Shown: positions 8,711 to 19,552 of the stretch, piece after piece
How positions within the stretch are numbered: position 1 is the first letter of the stretch
How the letters are laid out: each line of letters opens with the position of its first letter
Virus record (IMG/VR): IMGVR_UViG_3300010162_000373
Coordinates: 68,865 to 132,864 of that record
Direction: 5' to 3' (one strand)
Length of the DNA: 64,000 nt
Origin: a virus
Taxonomy: Duplodnaviria > Caudoviricetes
Translations under genes and position numbers: made by a program
The notes under the pieces: model-generated
What the model was told of the DNA's origin: nothing
The model's input: only the letters and a program-made list of their open reading frames with translations
The model's database searches: none

Positions 8711-10309
8711 TTAAGGTCTTGGACGAGAACCTATAAGCCAAGAATGTGAGCTACCGGATGGCTGAGGCGGCGGTGGCGGCGCAGGTATATTTATTGGAAA
8801 AGTTCTAGGCGGCGTTATTTGAATTGGCGGCCCAAAATGATCGATGTTGTCACAGCTCATTACAGAAGTACAACGAACTTCGTTATTATAGTGTTCACAC
8901 CACGGTAAATCTATATTAGAAAAAATAGCCTCAGCCGTATAGCCGCAATTATCCCAACAAAAACTTATTGCACCACTCCACGTGCTGTGTGCTGCTATCT
9001 CAGGTATTCTAAAATTAAATGAAGGATAGTCCCCTTCAATAATAGCGTCATATACCATTATTCTTTTAACCATCCCGCCAGTGCCATCACTTACAATTTT
9101 TAAATTAGGTGTTAGATCGTAAATACTTTGATTAGATGGGTTACTGATACTAAACCCAACAGTAGTCATAGTTTTACCCGGAATGCACCGTACTTTTACT
9201 AACGTTTTTAAACGTGCTGTAATCGTACTATTATAAAAATCATAAAGCTTGTAATAGAACTCCGTTAAATATTTTAAATATTCAACCTCGTAAGCATGAA
9301 TAATTCCCAATCTATTTATTTCATTTATCCAGAAAGCATATTCATCGCAGCCGCAGCAGGCGGCACAATCATTTCTTATTCCAATTTCATGAGTGCCTAG
9401 TACAGTATATGGTTCGCCGGGACTGCCTGAAAAACCTTCTTCTTCTGGAGGAAAAGATGTAACGGCAAGACAACCACCATCTCCCTCAATATAAAAATTA
9501 TTATTTGTGTCACCCTCTTGTTGATTTATTGTTCTTACCATAACACCATCTGCGGCAGCTATCTGCTCTCTAGTCGGATAGGTACTTAAAGTAATGGTCT
9601 TGTCTTCAACATTGGCGTATATCCTTCCATGCTGATTATTCTCGTCTGGAATAAGATTAAGAATCAAATCATTGCGGTGAGGTATATCAGCTGCCGGGCG
9701 ACCAGCGTCCACATGATAAATATTCTTAACTGCCGCAGCCCAACAACGAGAAACTAATTTAGTACGATTGCCGTTTTGTGGGAAAATAAGAGGTAAGGTT
9801 GTGTCATTTGCAGTAGTATACTCTGAATACCGGACTGTATTACGTCCTCGCATATCACTAAAGAACCAAAACCCTTCCCCTAATGGAGTTACGTTTAAAT
9901 CATCTGTATCTAGAATAATTTCATTAGCTTCATTTGTAAATACTAGCCTAGGAAATTCACGAGGAAGCTGAGTAGCAAAACCACTTAAATTAGAATCAAT
10001 AAACTGCTCCCATTCAACAAATGTCCAATTATGCCAGTCCGTAGCTAAGCTAGTGCCGCCTGTGCGTGTTATTTCGACAAAAACAGTTCCGGCAACAGGC
10101 TGTACAAATGTAACAAAAATATCTGAGACTATCCCAGCTAAATTACTGTGTCCGTCAAATGGGTAGACAGTCCCGCCCTGATTTTGATTTATATTTATTC
10201 CTTGCCGCCCTAGCTCGTTATAAACCGGTACGTTAAGATTTGACGCAAAAGGTAAACTTGCGCAACGTTGCTTAAAAGCTTCAAATCTTAAATGGATGTT
10301 ATTAATCAT
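8711..10309 (-). CDS. Putative virion/baseplate-associated protein with CxxCCGC motif
   Basis: 532 aa; TINQQEGD...NFYI...CL and CAACCGCDE motifs shared with the neighbouring gene; Pro-rich tail. Confidence 0.65.
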   Translation of the reverse strand: MINNIHLRFEAFKQRCASLPFASNLNVPVYNELGRQGININQNQGGTVYPFDGHSNLAGIVSDIFVTFVQPVAGTVFVEITRTGGTSLATDWHNWTFVEWEQFIDSNLSGFATQLPREFPRLVFTNEANEIILDTDDLNVTPLGEGFWFFSDMRGRNTVRYSEYTTANDTTLPLIFPQNGNRTKLVSRCWAAAVKNIYHVDAGRPAADIPHRNDLILNLIPDENNQHGRIYANVEDKTITLSTYPTREQIAAADGVMVRTINQQEGDTNNNFYIEGDGGCLAVTSFPPEEEGFSGSPGEPYTVLGTHEIGIRNDCAACCGCDEYAFWINEINRLGIIHAYEVEYLKYLTEFYYKLYDFYNSTITARLKTLVKVRCIPGKTMTTVGFSISNPSNQSIYDLTPNLKIVSDGTGGMVKRIMVYDAIIEGDYPSFNFRIPEIAAHSTWSGAISFCWDNCGYTAEAIFSNIDLPWCEHYNNEVRCTSVMSCDNIDHFGPPIQITPPRTFPINIPAPPPPPQPSGSSHSWLIGSRPRP

Positions 10310-11233
10310 CTATATTCCTGTGACACTGAATGTCGAAGCCAGCTGCACTAATTGTTGCTCTAATTTTTGCTGATATAGCCTCACCTCGTTATTAGCCTGC
10401 AGTAGATTTTGAATTCCCTGTTTTATAACGGATAACTCCTCGCAGCCACAACAAGGGTCACAGCAAGTTTCAGTTAATACTACTGTGGAAGCATTTACGT
10501 CATTCTCCACCTGTAAACACGGCGAATGCGACACTATCGCAATATTTCCGTCCACATCGGGCGGCACCATATTTATTGTCTGAATACATCTGCGCCGCTC
10601 AATAACGTCGTTAATAACACGACTAATACGCAACTCAGTGCTTTGTGTTTCATTATCATAGCTTTCGTCTATTTTTATATTTTCCCCAGCTACTATTTGA
10701 ATATCTCCGTATATAGGGGCATGAGCTGCGCCATTTTCAATTACGGTAATAGATGTAACTGCGGCAGAAGAAAAAGACACTACATCAACATCAAGCTGCG
10801 TTGCGGGTAAGTCAAAAGAATAATCCCCTAACATCGAGCGCACTTGCTCAAAAGTTCCGACTGTAACATGCCCCGACAAGCCTTTCCAATTATTCAATGC
10901 AATAATCGGAACAGTAATATTTAAATGATCATGCGTTCCTAGGTCTATGGCAGTCACTGTTCCAACTTTTATGTCGCCCTCATTTCCGCGATAATTAATA
11001 ATAAAATTAACTCCGCCGTGATAAACAGTAAGACGACTAATATAAAAATTAGCTACATTCACTTGCTCTGGAGTAGCATTAACCACTATTTTGGCTGCAA
11101 CAAGAAAATTATTTGGAACTGCCGCTTCCTGTGCGCCAATATTTGGTGTTTTTGTTGCTCGCTCGGCAAAAGGGTAGCTACGATTTGCATTATGATGCAA
11201 AAATTCTTGATTAATGACTCCAATTACTACCAT
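10310..11233 (-). CDS. Putative virion/baseplate-associated protein with CCxxCCGC motif
   Basis: 307 aa; TINMVPPDVDGNI...CL, CCDPCCGCEE then coiled coil. Confidence 0.65.
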   Translation of the reverse strand: MVVIGVINQEFLHHNANRSYPFAERATKTPNIGAQEAAVPNNFLVAAKIVVNATPEQVNVANFYISRLTVYHGGVNFIINYRGNEGDIKVGTVTAIDLGTHDHLNITVPIIALNNWKGLSGHVTVGTFEQVRSMLGDYSFDLPATQLDVDVVSFSSAAVTSITVIENGAAHAPIYGDIQIVAGENIKIDESYDNETQSTELRISRVINDVIERRRCIQTINMVPPDVDGNIAIVSHSPCLQVENDVNASTVVLTETCCDPCCGCEELSVIKQGIQNLLQANNEVRLYQQKLEQQLVQLASTFSVTGI

Positions 11234-11655
11234 TAGATTCTAATAATACGCTCGACCTCTACGGCGTTATTATGTATTAAGTATACGGATCGTAAAAGAC
11301 TTTGCAAAAGATCCTCCATTCGCAATAATACTCTGTTAGCTTCTTGCATCGTAGGGCGAATACCTCTCACTATTGACTTACGGAAAAACGGACGATCACA
11401 CGGCTCATTAGCTGGGTACTCGAATACGTCAGACAATGTGCATACAGTTATAAAGTGATCTCGTGTAGAAGCCTCTCTATTAATTCTTGAGCTTGGTCGC
11501 CGCTTAAATAAAAATAATTCTTTTGGAAAGCCCTCAATTCCAGATTCGAGAATTTCATATGTGACAAGATACCCAGTCTCATTAAGAATATCATCCTCAT
11601 GGACAGTTATTGAGTGCCTGACTTTTAATTCGTATTTTGGTGCTTCTTGTTCCAT
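11233..11655 (-). CDS. Hypothetical protein
   Basis: 140 aa, TAATG-coupled on both sides. Confidence 0.75.
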   Translation of the reverse strand: MEQEAPKYELKVRHSITVHEDDILNETGYLVTYEILESGIEGFPKELFLFKRRPSSRINREASTRDHFITVCTLSDVFEYPANEPCDRPFFRKSIVRGIRPTMQEANRVLLRMEDLLQSLLRSVYLIHNNAVEVERIIRI

Positions 11656-11948
11656 TACAATATCTCTTGAAAATTATTACCCACCAACGCGCCGTTTATT
11701 ATTGGCCTGCTTAAAGGATCTAGCTCCTGCCCGCCTGTTTTTACCTCTACCGCAGCTCCATCTCTATTTATTTTAAACAAATCCGCCTCATTTGCACTTT
11801 CAGTTGGAAACACTGCGATTACTTGTCCAGGATAGGACGGCCCTGTCGCTACGTATTGGTCAAACGCAGTTTTAGCCGGAGACACACTAGAAGCATCTAT
11901 TGCCCTTCTGGTTGTTCTTTGAAACTGTGTTATAAAAGGTGTTGCCAT
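11655..11948 (-). CDS. Small fibre adaptor-like protein
   Basis: Aligns by eye with the N-termini of 41913, 42309 and 43205 ORFs (PGQVIAVF...DLFKINRD). Confidence 0.65.
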   Translation of the reverse strand: MATPFITQFQRTTRRAIDASSVSPAKTAFDQYVATGPSYPGQVIAVFPTESANEADLFKINRDGAAVEVKTGGQELDPLSRPIINGALVGNNFQEIL

Positions 11949-11949
11949 A

Positions 11950-13428
11950 TTAAACCGTTAAAGTGAAACGATCACTGCTTTCAAACGCAAATTCATTAAA
12001 ATTAAAATACACTCGATAATCAACCGGTGAGAAATTGTTTAAGCCCGCCACCGGTACAATAATTTGAGTAAATTCGTGCATAACATTAGACCCCAACCCT
12101 GCTTGCACTATTGATTGAGCAGCTCTTACAGAAGCTGGGTAGGCGAAAGCACAACCCCGTGCGCCCGCCGGCACATCCACAAACATAGTGTTACCGGCAA
12201 CAATGTTTAACGCCCCTTCATTAAGTAAAGTACGCAGCTGATCACTAGACATTCCTACAAATGGAGCTGCGGAAGTTAACGGCCCTAAAAATCCTCTGCG
12301 TTGCGCAAGGTATGTTACATTTACTGTCCGAGGCGTAGTGCCAGCTAAAATCCTGCCAGCAGGGCTTGGATTGCCTGCTGTATCATTTTTAATCGGCCCC
12401 TCAGCATACTGTACTTCAGCATTAAATGAAGTGTTACTAGTTAGCTGAAAACTTGGCACAGTAAAATTGCCAACCGCATTACTCGTATGGATTGGATTTG
12501 GGCTGCCAGTATTAAATAGTCTGAAAGCTATAACCGCGCCAGCATCATTTTGATTCCAGATAGGCTGTAACACAGGAGAAATATTACTACCTATTTCCCT
12601 AGCTAATGGCGTAGTGCCAGTGAGCGTTAATGTAGGCATAACATAAATAGCCGGTAAAACAGGGTCTAATAAACGTCGTACAAAATCTTCTAATGAAATG
12701 CCAATAGGCACTGTGTTCCCGACTAGCCAGCCGCCAGCTTGTTGTGTGACATTTATATTGTTAGCTGAATGTAGTATTGGCCATTCTAAATCATCTAAAT
12801 TTGCATCCTCCCCGGCAGGCCCTTGTGGCCCAGTTTCGCCTCGTTCTCCGGGATCACCTTGATCGCCTTTATCCCCCTTTTCCCCAGGAAACCCTCTTTC
12901 TCCTCTATCTCCTTGATCACCTCTTTCACCCCTATCTCCTTGATCGCCTTTGTCTCCTTTTTCACCAGGGTTTCCTTGATCGCCTTTATCTCCTTGCTCA
13001 CCTTTGTCTCCTTTTTCACCGGGCACGCCTCGAGGAATACCAAAAACTATAAAAGGATTTTCATTAGTTCCAGTTCTCGTTGCCGTAGCTGCAGCTGATG
13101 GAGCTAATGTAATTGCGCTTACAGATATATTAGGCGCGGCACCAGGTACGCCCTGTGCGCCCGGAGTTCCTGGAGGGCCAGGATTACCAATACCACCTCT
13201 TGGCCCCGGCGGCCCAGCAGGGCCTGGGGCTCCTGCGCGACCAGGTGGGCCGGGGTATCCAGGCGGCCCAGGGCCGCCAGGCGGCCCCTGTAAGCCTACA
13301 ATCCAAATACCCTCAGAATTAACAGGTACGCGTAACTGATCCAACGTCCTCAACTCTGTTCCATTAGGGTCAAATACGCCATGACAATTAGTCCGAATTA
13401 AAGCTTGTGATACAGGTACTGTTCGCAT
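11950..13428 (-). CDS. Collagen-like fibre protein
   Basis: Two Gly-X-Y runs (GPP-rich, then [12 protein letters not shown]-rich) and a beta-rich C-terminal domain. Confidence 0.88.
   Translation of the reverse strand: MRTVPVSQALIRTNCHGVFDPNGTELRTLDQLRVPVNSEGIWIVGLQGPPGGPGPPGYPGPPGRAGAPGPAGPPGPRGGIGNPGPPGTPGAQGVPGAAPNISVSAITLAPSAAATATRTGTNENPFIVFGIPRGVPGEKGDKGEQGDKGDQGNPGEKGDKGDQGDRGERGDQGDRGERGFPGEKGDKGDQGDPGERGETGPQGPAGEDANLDDLEWPILHSANNINVTQQAGGWLVGNTVPIGISLEDFVRRLLDPVLPAIYVMPTLTLTGTTPLAREIGSNISPVLQPIWNQNDAGAVIAFRLFNTGSPNPIHTSNAVGNFTVPSFQLTSNTSFNAEVQYAEGPIKNDTAGNPSPAGRILAGTTPRTVNVTYLAQRRGFLGPLTSAAPFVGMSSDQLRTLLNEGALNIVAGNTMFVDVPAGARGCAFAYPASVRAAQSIVQAGLGSNVMHEFTQIIVPVAGLNNFSPVDYRVYFNFNEFAFESSDRFTLTV
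12805..13290 (-). repeat. Collagen Gly-X-Y coding repeats
   Basis: Degenerate 9-nt periodic repeats at about 12805-13035 and 13135-13290. Confidence 0.85.
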
Positions 13429-13913
13429 TATCTTTTTCTAAATCTACGAATTGCCACCACAACAGAAGCAATATTTGAAATGGCAGTTACAACTGTCAGC
13501 ACAGCTGTAATAGACTCCGGTTTAGTAGCTTCAATATCTTCAGTTATCGTAAAACTGCCAACTTTTCTTCTTGCTCTAATACGGTCTTGTATTCTGTCAA
13601 GTAATCGCTGCCTAATTACTGGATCATTATCAATAACTTTATTTGGCTCAATAATACTGTTAGGGTCTAGCCAGATCTTAGCTGCCGTAACGTAAAATAA
13701 ATCAAACAATACGGCATTATTCAATATCTGAGAATATAATTCAGCAAATTGAGCTACGATATTTACCTGTGTTTTATCTACTAGCCAGGTAATAATACCC
13801 TTATTACGAAGTAAGAATTGACGAACCTCTTCTTTAGAGCGCCAATCTGGCTGTCGCCCAAACACAATTCGCAAACCTAAATTAATTACAACTTGCTGTA
13901 ACAGCTGAGTCAT
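13428..13913 (-). CDS. Hypothetical protein with C-terminal hydrophobic helix
   Basis: Start MTQLL coupled by TAATG with GAGGAG SD; ends [27 protein letters not shown]. Confidence 0.7.
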   Translation of the reverse strand: MTQLLQQVVINLGLRIVFGRQPDWRSKEEVRQFLLRNKGIITWLVDKTQVNIVAQFAELYSQILNNAVLFDLFYVTAAKIWLDPNSIIEPNKVIDNDPVIRQRLLDRIQDRIRARRKVGSFTITEDIEATKPESITAVLTVVTAISNIASVVVAIRRFRKR

Positions 13914-14626
13914 TACTCCTCCTCCCACTTTGCATATAGCACAATATCTTCTTCTACTCGTATTGGAAAAGATGCAGGCTCAAAGAAATCTGCGTCCAAA
14001 AACCACCCGATAAATACATATCCATCTTTTGTAATAACTGGAAGAAAACTATCGCTAAACTCCTCGCCATACTCAACAAAAAGCGGATCAATGTCTGGAA
14101 TGCCACCATTTGTCTCAATAGTTATTAGGTATTCTTCAGGATAATCATCATCATCATCATCATCATCATCAAGATCACAGTCGCAATCATCATCAAGATC
14201 ACAGTCGCAATCATCGTCAAGATCACAGTCGCAATCATCAGGGTCGCAATCATCCGGTTCGTCTGGCGGCCCAGGCGGTTCAGGCAGCGCAAAAGCTAGC
14301 TCGCCTGCCTCTATGCGAAGAATTACCTGTTTTGACCAATTAGGGAAGTGCTGCATTAAAAAGCCCACACGATCCGCTGGCACATGCCCCTCATGTCGCC
14401 CAAAAAACCTAGAAGTCATAACCCTAAAACGAGCTATGTAGTCTCGCGCGAGAGAATTTACAATAACGATCTCATTTCTGGGATACACTTTACTAAGTTC
14501 CGTTAAAGTTTCTTCAAGTGCATCCGCAGCATCATTAAGGTTGTCGTAAACAGTGATGGCGCGATGAGTTAGGTTATTAATCCTGTCATCAGTGTCTATA
14601 ATAAATAAGAAGGCTTCGTTAGACAT
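13913..14626 (-). CDS. InlB B-repeat (Listeria-Bacteroides repeat) domain protein with Asp/Cys repeat linker
   Basis: C-terminal ITIETNGG...VEYGE...PVITKDGYVFIGWF...EDIVLYAKW. Confidence 0.8.
   Translation of the reverse strand: MSNEAFLFIIDTDDRINNLTHRAITVYDNLNDAADALEETLTELSKVYPRNEIVIVNSLARDYIARFRVMTSRFFGRHEGHVPADRVGFLMQHFPNWSKQVILRIEAGELAFALPEPPGPPDEPDDCDPDDCDCDLDDDCDCDLDDDCDCDLDDDDDDDDDYPEEYLITIETNGGIPDIDPLFVEYGEEFSDSFLPVITKDGYVFIGWFLDADFFEPASFPIRVEEDIVLYAKWEEE
14145..14250. repeat. (TCA)n microsatellite plus 3 x 24-bp tandem repeat
   Basis: Unit CATCATCAAGATCACAGTCGCAAT at 14164, 14188, 14212 encoding DDDCDCDL. Confidence 0.9.
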
Positions 14627-14681
14627 AGGCTTGAAACGGGTTCAGGGTACAATTAAATTATACCTTACAAAAACGGCACTC

Positions 14682-14903
14682 ATGTTGATAAGAGCAACAG
14701 ATAATAAGGGAAAAACACATACCGGACGCAACATTAAAAACATTTTAATTTGCGAAGAAAACGGGTGCCCAATTGCTGTTCTAAAAGAATCAATTATTGG
14801 TGAAATGACTAATTATCGAATGTTAGTCCCTGGCGACCCGGATTTTCATAAATTTACAAAATCGTTAGGTTATGATGTTGAGTTAATTAAACCTAATTTG
14901 TAA
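14682..14903 (+). CDS. Hypothetical protein
   Basis: Fills the gap between minus-strand genes; probable start MLIRAT. Confidence 0.6.
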   Translation: MLIRATDNKGKTHTGRNIKNILICEENGCPIAVLKESIIGEMTNYRMLVPGDPDFHKFTKSLGYDVELIKPNL

Positions 14904-16572
14904 AGCGAGCTACTGACCTGTACTCTTTGAACGTAACATTCACACTATTTGTATCTGTAAAAAAGCAAATAGTATTCACAGTTGCGTGCGGCGGTAACTC
15001 GAAGGCCAGCTCCTCTTTAGCCGAGCTGGCCGTTCTTTTTAGATTTGTAACAGAATAAGTCTGATTATCCTGAATAGGCAGTAATAAGCTGCCTGCCATA
15101 TAAAAATCACTAACAAACATACCAGCAGGCAATAAACGCTGTACTGCCTCAATAATAATCGAAGCTGGCAATACGTTCATAAATCCCGTGTTAGCTACAG
15201 CATTTACGGCAGCTGACTTAATTGCGCTTAGTTCCGGCAGTGTTTGGCCTTGCTGAATAGCTATAGAAAAATCAATTAAAGTTTTACACGGGATGGCAGC
15301 TTTTACTAAAAGGTCTCCCATTACAGCAATATTATCTCGCTGAAGGACAAAATCCTGCAATTCAGGAATATAAGGGAGATAATCATAAAAAATAGTATAA
15401 TCCCCGAATTCTGGGATAGTCCCGCAAGTAGGATCAATACTATGGTCTACAAACTCTAATACAATAGTTTGAAATGCAGTAAATGCACCTTCACGATAAT
15501 TAATTACATCCGGCGCATAATTAATTCCAGTAAGGTCAATTCCTCGTGTTTCATTTGTAACTTCTAATGCAGTCGAGCTAGTTTGACTATATACTCCTAA
15601 AATTGAATAAGCTGCCGGTGCATCATCCCTACCTAATTCAATACGATAAGTCAAAGTTCCTTCATCAACTAATACGCCGCGCACTTGAATTGCTTTAGTT
15701 AACAGCGAATCAGCTGTTCTGACATAAATATCTCCGGCGCCTCCCTGAGATAAATTAAATAGTCCGTGTTTATCTCTAATTGATTCAATGTCCCCGGCTC
15801 CGATTACACTAGCTTCCTTAACTACAGTATTAGGTACAGTTTTAATCCAGGCCCCAATATTAGCCCGACTGGTTAACACAGGCGAAGTAATTCCATTGAC
15901 TAGCTGAGGCACTAACATTTCAACAGTATCTTCTTGAATACCACCTACAAATGTTTCAATAACTTCTACCTCAAGCAGCGAGCTAGGCTGTGACCCCTGT
16001 GGAATTAATTTTGTACCAACCGGCAGGTTAGCTGCAATATCTACCTGACTACTTCGCAATTCAATAACTGCACTAAATAATCCATTATCTAGCTGCTGCA
16101 GTGGCTGTGAGTTAGACGCATGCGCTGACTGCCCAGCAGGATATATTGTAAAAATAGCGGTAGGATGAAAAGTCTGGCCGTTAGCTAAAAATGTATCCAT
16201 TCCGCCGAAAGAATACATTGTGTTCGCATTAAATAATAACCTAACTAGCCCAACACTGTTCTCGCCAGATAATCTACGAATACGATAATTAGCAAGGAAT
16301 AAATCTAAATATTGCGTATTAATCTCCGGATCATTTCTTACGTTTTCAACGAGCGACTGTATCTGTGAATGCTCTCGCCATTTATCAATACTGTCTATAA
16401 TGGCTTGACTAAAGATAGCTGTCGGAGCTGCAACCGTACTGTTATATACGCCATACTGCAGCTCCAGCTCTGGCGCGATAGCTTCCCACAAATTACGCAA
16501 AAAAGCTTTACGAGCTGAAACAACTGATGGATTTACACCTAGATAATCCGAATTAATAAATGGAGTAAGCAT
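14893..16572 (-). CDS. Baseplate wedge protein (J / T4 gp6-like)
   Basis: LDLFLANYRIRRLSGENSVG, AANLPVG, FVGGIQEDT, VIGAGD, GDIYV; follows a gp25-like gene. Confidence 0.82.
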   Translation of the reverse strand: MLTPFINSDYLGVNPSVVSARKAFLRNLWEAIAPELELQYGVYNSTVAAPTAIFSQAIIDSIDKWREHSQIQSLVENVRNDPEINTQYLDLFLANYRIRRLSGENSVGLVRLLFNANTMYSFGGMDTFLANGQTFHPTAIFTIYPAGQSAHASNSQPLQQLDNGLFSAVIELRSSQVDIAANLPVGTKLIPQGSQPSSLLEVEVIETFVGGIQEDTVEMLVPQLVNGITSPVLTSRANIGAWIKTVPNTVVKEASVIGAGDIESIRDKHGLFNLSQGGAGDIYVRTADSLLTKAIQVRGVLVDEGTLTYRIELGRDDAPAAYSILGVYSQTSSTALEVTNETRGIDLTGINYAPDVINYREGAFTAFQTIVLEFVDHSIDPTCGTIPEFGDYTIFYDYLPYIPELQDFVLQRDNIAVMGDLLVKAAIPCKTLIDFSIAIQQGQTLPELSAIKSAAVNAVANTGFMNVLPASIIIEAVQRLLPAGMFVSDFYMAGSLLLPIQDNQTYSVTNLKRTASSAKEELAFELPPHATVNTICFFTDTNSVNVTFKEYRSVARFTN

Positions 16573-17009
16573 TATACTGGAACCGGTAATTTAAACTGAA
16601 GCATCTCTTGCGCTTCAGAAATAATAATAAAATAAAGTAATACAGTTGTGCCGTCTATAACTATGTCTTCAACTTTGGCTGATAGAAATCTAGCTTCAGG
16701 TTCAACTCTAGGATCGTTAGAGGACATCATTTGGAAAGATACGTCAGCTAGTATTTGATTTACCTCAGTAACCAAATAACTTTTTTCTGAAGTATGAAAT
16801 CGCGCGATCATTGGAACTAACGTACAGCCAGCTGCCGGGTCGGTGATATCTGACCCCTTTACAGTTAATAATAATTGCGCAAACCTAGCTACTAGCTTAG
16901 CGCCTCCAAAATTTAATTGCGGCGAAGCATTAAACCCTGGCTCTAGAGCATAATTCGTAGTTTGAAAAGCTGCATTATGGGCAGCTAAGTTAAATGTAGT
17001 TAAAGTCAT
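16572..17009 (-). CDS. Baseplate wedge / sheath initiator (gp25-like)
   Basis: GGAKLVARFAQLLLTVKGSD...P..GCTL motif, size and position. Confidence 0.75.
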   Translation of the reverse strand: MTLTTFNLAAHNAAFQTTNYALEPGFNASPQLNFGGAKLVARFAQLLLTVKGSDITDPAAGCTLVPMIARFHTSEKSYLVTEVNQILADVSFQMMSSNDPRVEPEARFLSAKVEDIVIDGTTVLLYFIIISEAQEMLQFKLPVPV

Positions 17010-17509
17010 GCTTCTCTGTAAGTCATGCCGTCTTGTAAAAAACGATAAGTGTATTCTTGAAGAATTGAATCACCTTCATTATCTCCCTTAGCTCCCTTCC
17101 CTAGGAAATCAACCAAATTATATTTAGCTTTAGCAAAATGATGTGAAACTTTTAATCTCCTAAAATTAGTGACCATCTCTAGCTGAGCGACTAAATCATT
17201 AGCTGTACAGATAATAGCGCCGTCTAAGCCTGTACCGGCCGTAGCTGGGTCGCCACTTTTAACCTGATCAACCGCCTCTTTTAATTTATCAGTATATTCC
17301 TTTCGGTCTAAAAGAAAATTCTTAAACGCCGACTGCCCGCCACTTCTTGTATTAATACTAAACCAATTTAATAAACTTGTCGGAGATACGTCCCTAGGAT
17401 GCTCGCTGGTCAAATAATTTTTAACTATTTGATCAATCGGCTTTTCTAACGTCTCCAGCTGAAAGCTGATTTTTTTTATTCCATTATGATTTATTGATTG
17501 ATTTGACAT
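17006..17509 (-). CDS. Hypothetical baseplate-region protein
   Basis: 167 aa coupled ORF. Confidence 0.7.
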   Translation of the reverse strand: MSNQSINHNGIKKISFQLETLEKPIDQIVKNYLTSEHPRDVSPTSLLNWFSINTRSGGQSAFKNFLLDRKEYTDKLKEAVDQVKSGDPATAGTGLDGAIICTANDLVAQLEMVTNFRRLKVSHHFAKAKYNLVDFLGKGAKGDNEGDSILQEYTYRFLQDGMTYREA

Positions 17510-19552
17510 TTAAGTATAAATAGGCCTACCTACGAAAGCAGGAGATTGAGGAAACATTGGGTTTTCATTGTCCTGCTCATTTCCCTCTGATAATGGATTT
17601 TCTTTCGGCTCCTGATCAGGAGGTATTTGATTTTTCATCCAATGATATTCTGCCCCGCCCCTAGCATAGACTCGATCATATTCCGAATTAATATCGTGTC
17701 TAAACGTATCCGTGTAAGCTAGCGTTATATTTGTTTGGGCTACCAGCGCAGCTTGATTCAAAGTGTGCGTAAAGTTAGCTATAATACCGCTGTGATAAAT
17801 ACCAGTTGTTGAGTCTTTTACACAGACTGGCATGCCTGTCATAACATTAATATTAAAAGGCATTACCGCAATAACATTTTTCCCTAATGTTTTTGCGTGA
17901 TAATGATACATTTTAGCTAAGCCCGCTAATGTTTTTTCCAACTCTGAAGTTATTATTTCTAATTCTTTTTCGCCGTTATCACTATTGCCGTCACTTGTGT
18001 CCGCGATCACTTCATTAAGCTGCCCTGCCGGCTGCAGCCATCGTCGTAAAGTATTTGCATCATAGACGTTAGAGTACCATTTAGGTGCGGTTACAATGCC
18101 AATTGTGCCCAAGCTATGTTTATCTTGAGGTTTTACTTGCGGATCAACATAAGCAGCTGCCCAACCAATGGCGCCGCTCGCATTTGGGTCACGCTTAAAA
18201 TACTCAAATGAATCTCCTTGTTTTCTATGAGAATACTCCGTAGCAACCACAGTTACAGCCGGCGTCCTAGCATAAGTAGTTGTGTTATACACGGCAGTAC
18301 AGAAATCAATGGGCGGTAATGCCCAATTTCTTGTTCGACAGCGTATAGCTTCTAAGCCTATAGAGTTAGTAGTGCATACGAGCCTTAATTCAAATTGACG
18401 AGCTAAGTGAGATAATGCCTGAAAATATGTAATTCCATTTATGTCGCCAGCTTCCATCTCGTAGAGCGCTGTATAAAACGCAATAGCTGGGTGATTGGCT
18501 GTTAAACAATTTACTCCGCCCTCTAAAGTGGGTTCAGATGTGCGCTTAGCGCCAGTTAAATTTAATTCCGGTTTATTTTGAGCATACTGTTCCTGCCTAT
18601 TTTTTTCATAACGCTCTAAAACATACCTGAATAGGTTATGAACTAAATTCTGATTATTCTCGACAATAGTTTGTAATGCCTCTCCGGTACTGCCGCTAGC
18701 CTCTAGCTCAGTAAACATCCGGCTATAGCCTTTAAAAGACAGCTCTACTTCGGAAATAAAATATTTATAAATTTCTTCCTGTAGATCTATTGTCCTTTCT
18801 GGCTGCGCCAGTAGCTCTAACAGAAACTGAGAGTGAGATTGTGAATTGGCTCCTTCTGATTGCCCTGACATTGAAGGGTCTCTTTGTCGCAACCAAGGAG
18901 TATATGTGGAATACATTGATTGAGTGCTCATAAACGTATTCCGCATAATCATGGTGTCTAATAGATAAATCCAATGATTTATTTTTACCTCTACATTTTC
19001 CTGCTGATGTGCTACACGAGTAAAAACATCAGCTGAGATAACGCCTTTAAACACTGGCTTAAATGCGTTTCTAGCGTCATCCTCAATATCCGTATCAACA
19101 AATCGCTCTCTATACCAAACTATACAAGCCCTATACCGCTGCTCAAGACTTTCACCATTTCCGCTCCCATCCATAAGCACATCTTCATATGTTTTTTTAT
19201 CCAATATAGGTTCGTGCCTATATTCTCCTTGTTTCACAAACGTAGTGCCTTCAAGAGCCAGGTCAGCAATTAGCTTACCTGCGGGCAGCGCTACGCTGCA
19301 AGACGGAATGCCGTCTAGGGTGGAATTTATTTTAAAACCTAAAATATCTAATCTATAAGGTTTCCCTCTATTATTTTTAAACTGGCTGTCAGCTTCATCA
19401 GGGTGATTGATGTGGACAGGCTCAGTGTACTCAAATAATGGATTTAAATTTTCGCATAATTCTAAGTACGCATCAAAATAACGTATCTTGACTGCATTAT
19501 CAAGATACACATCTTTAATATTGTCTGCACGTACTTCAAATTGATTAGACAT
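17510..19552 (-). CDS. Putative baseplate hub protein
   Basis: Position after the tape measure gene; PVFKGVI and C-terminal GIIANFTHTL...TNITL typical of hub proteins. Confidence 0.6.
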   Translation of the reverse strand: MSNQFEVRADNIKDVYLDNAVKIRYFDAYLELCENLNPLFEYTEPVHINHPDEADSQFKNNRGKPYRLDILGFKINSTLDGIPSCSVALPAGKLIADLALEGTTFVKQGEYRHEPILDKKTYEDVLMDGSGNGESLEQRYRACIVWYRERFVDTDIEDDARNAFKPVFKGVISADVFTRVAHQQENVEVKINHWIYLLDTMIMRNTFMSTQSMYSTYTPWLRQRDPSMSGQSEGANSQSHSQFLLELLAQPERTIDLQEEIYKYFISEVELSFKGYSRMFTELEASGSTGEALQTIVENNQNLVHNLFRYVLERYEKNRQEQYAQNKPELNLTGAKRTSEPTLEGGVNCLTANHPAIAFYTALYEMEAGDINGITYFQALSHLARQFELRLVCTTNSIGLEAIRCRTRNWALPPIDFCTAVYNTTTYARTPAVTVVATEYSHRKQGDSFEYFKRDPNASGAIGWAAAYVDPQVKPQDKHSLGTIGIVTAPKWYSNVYDANTLRRWLQPAGQLNEVIADTSDGNSDNGEKELEIITSELEKTLAGLAKMYHYHAKTLGKNVIAVMPFNINVMTGMPVCVKDSTTGIYHSGIIANFTHTLNQAALVAQTNITLAYTDTFRHDINSEYDRVYARGGAEYHWMKNQIPPDQEPKENPLSEGNEQDNENPMFPQSPAFVGRPIYT

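Noticed and set aside
14145-14250. Possible CRISPR array
   Set aside because: Contiguous tandem units without spacers, in frame within a CDS
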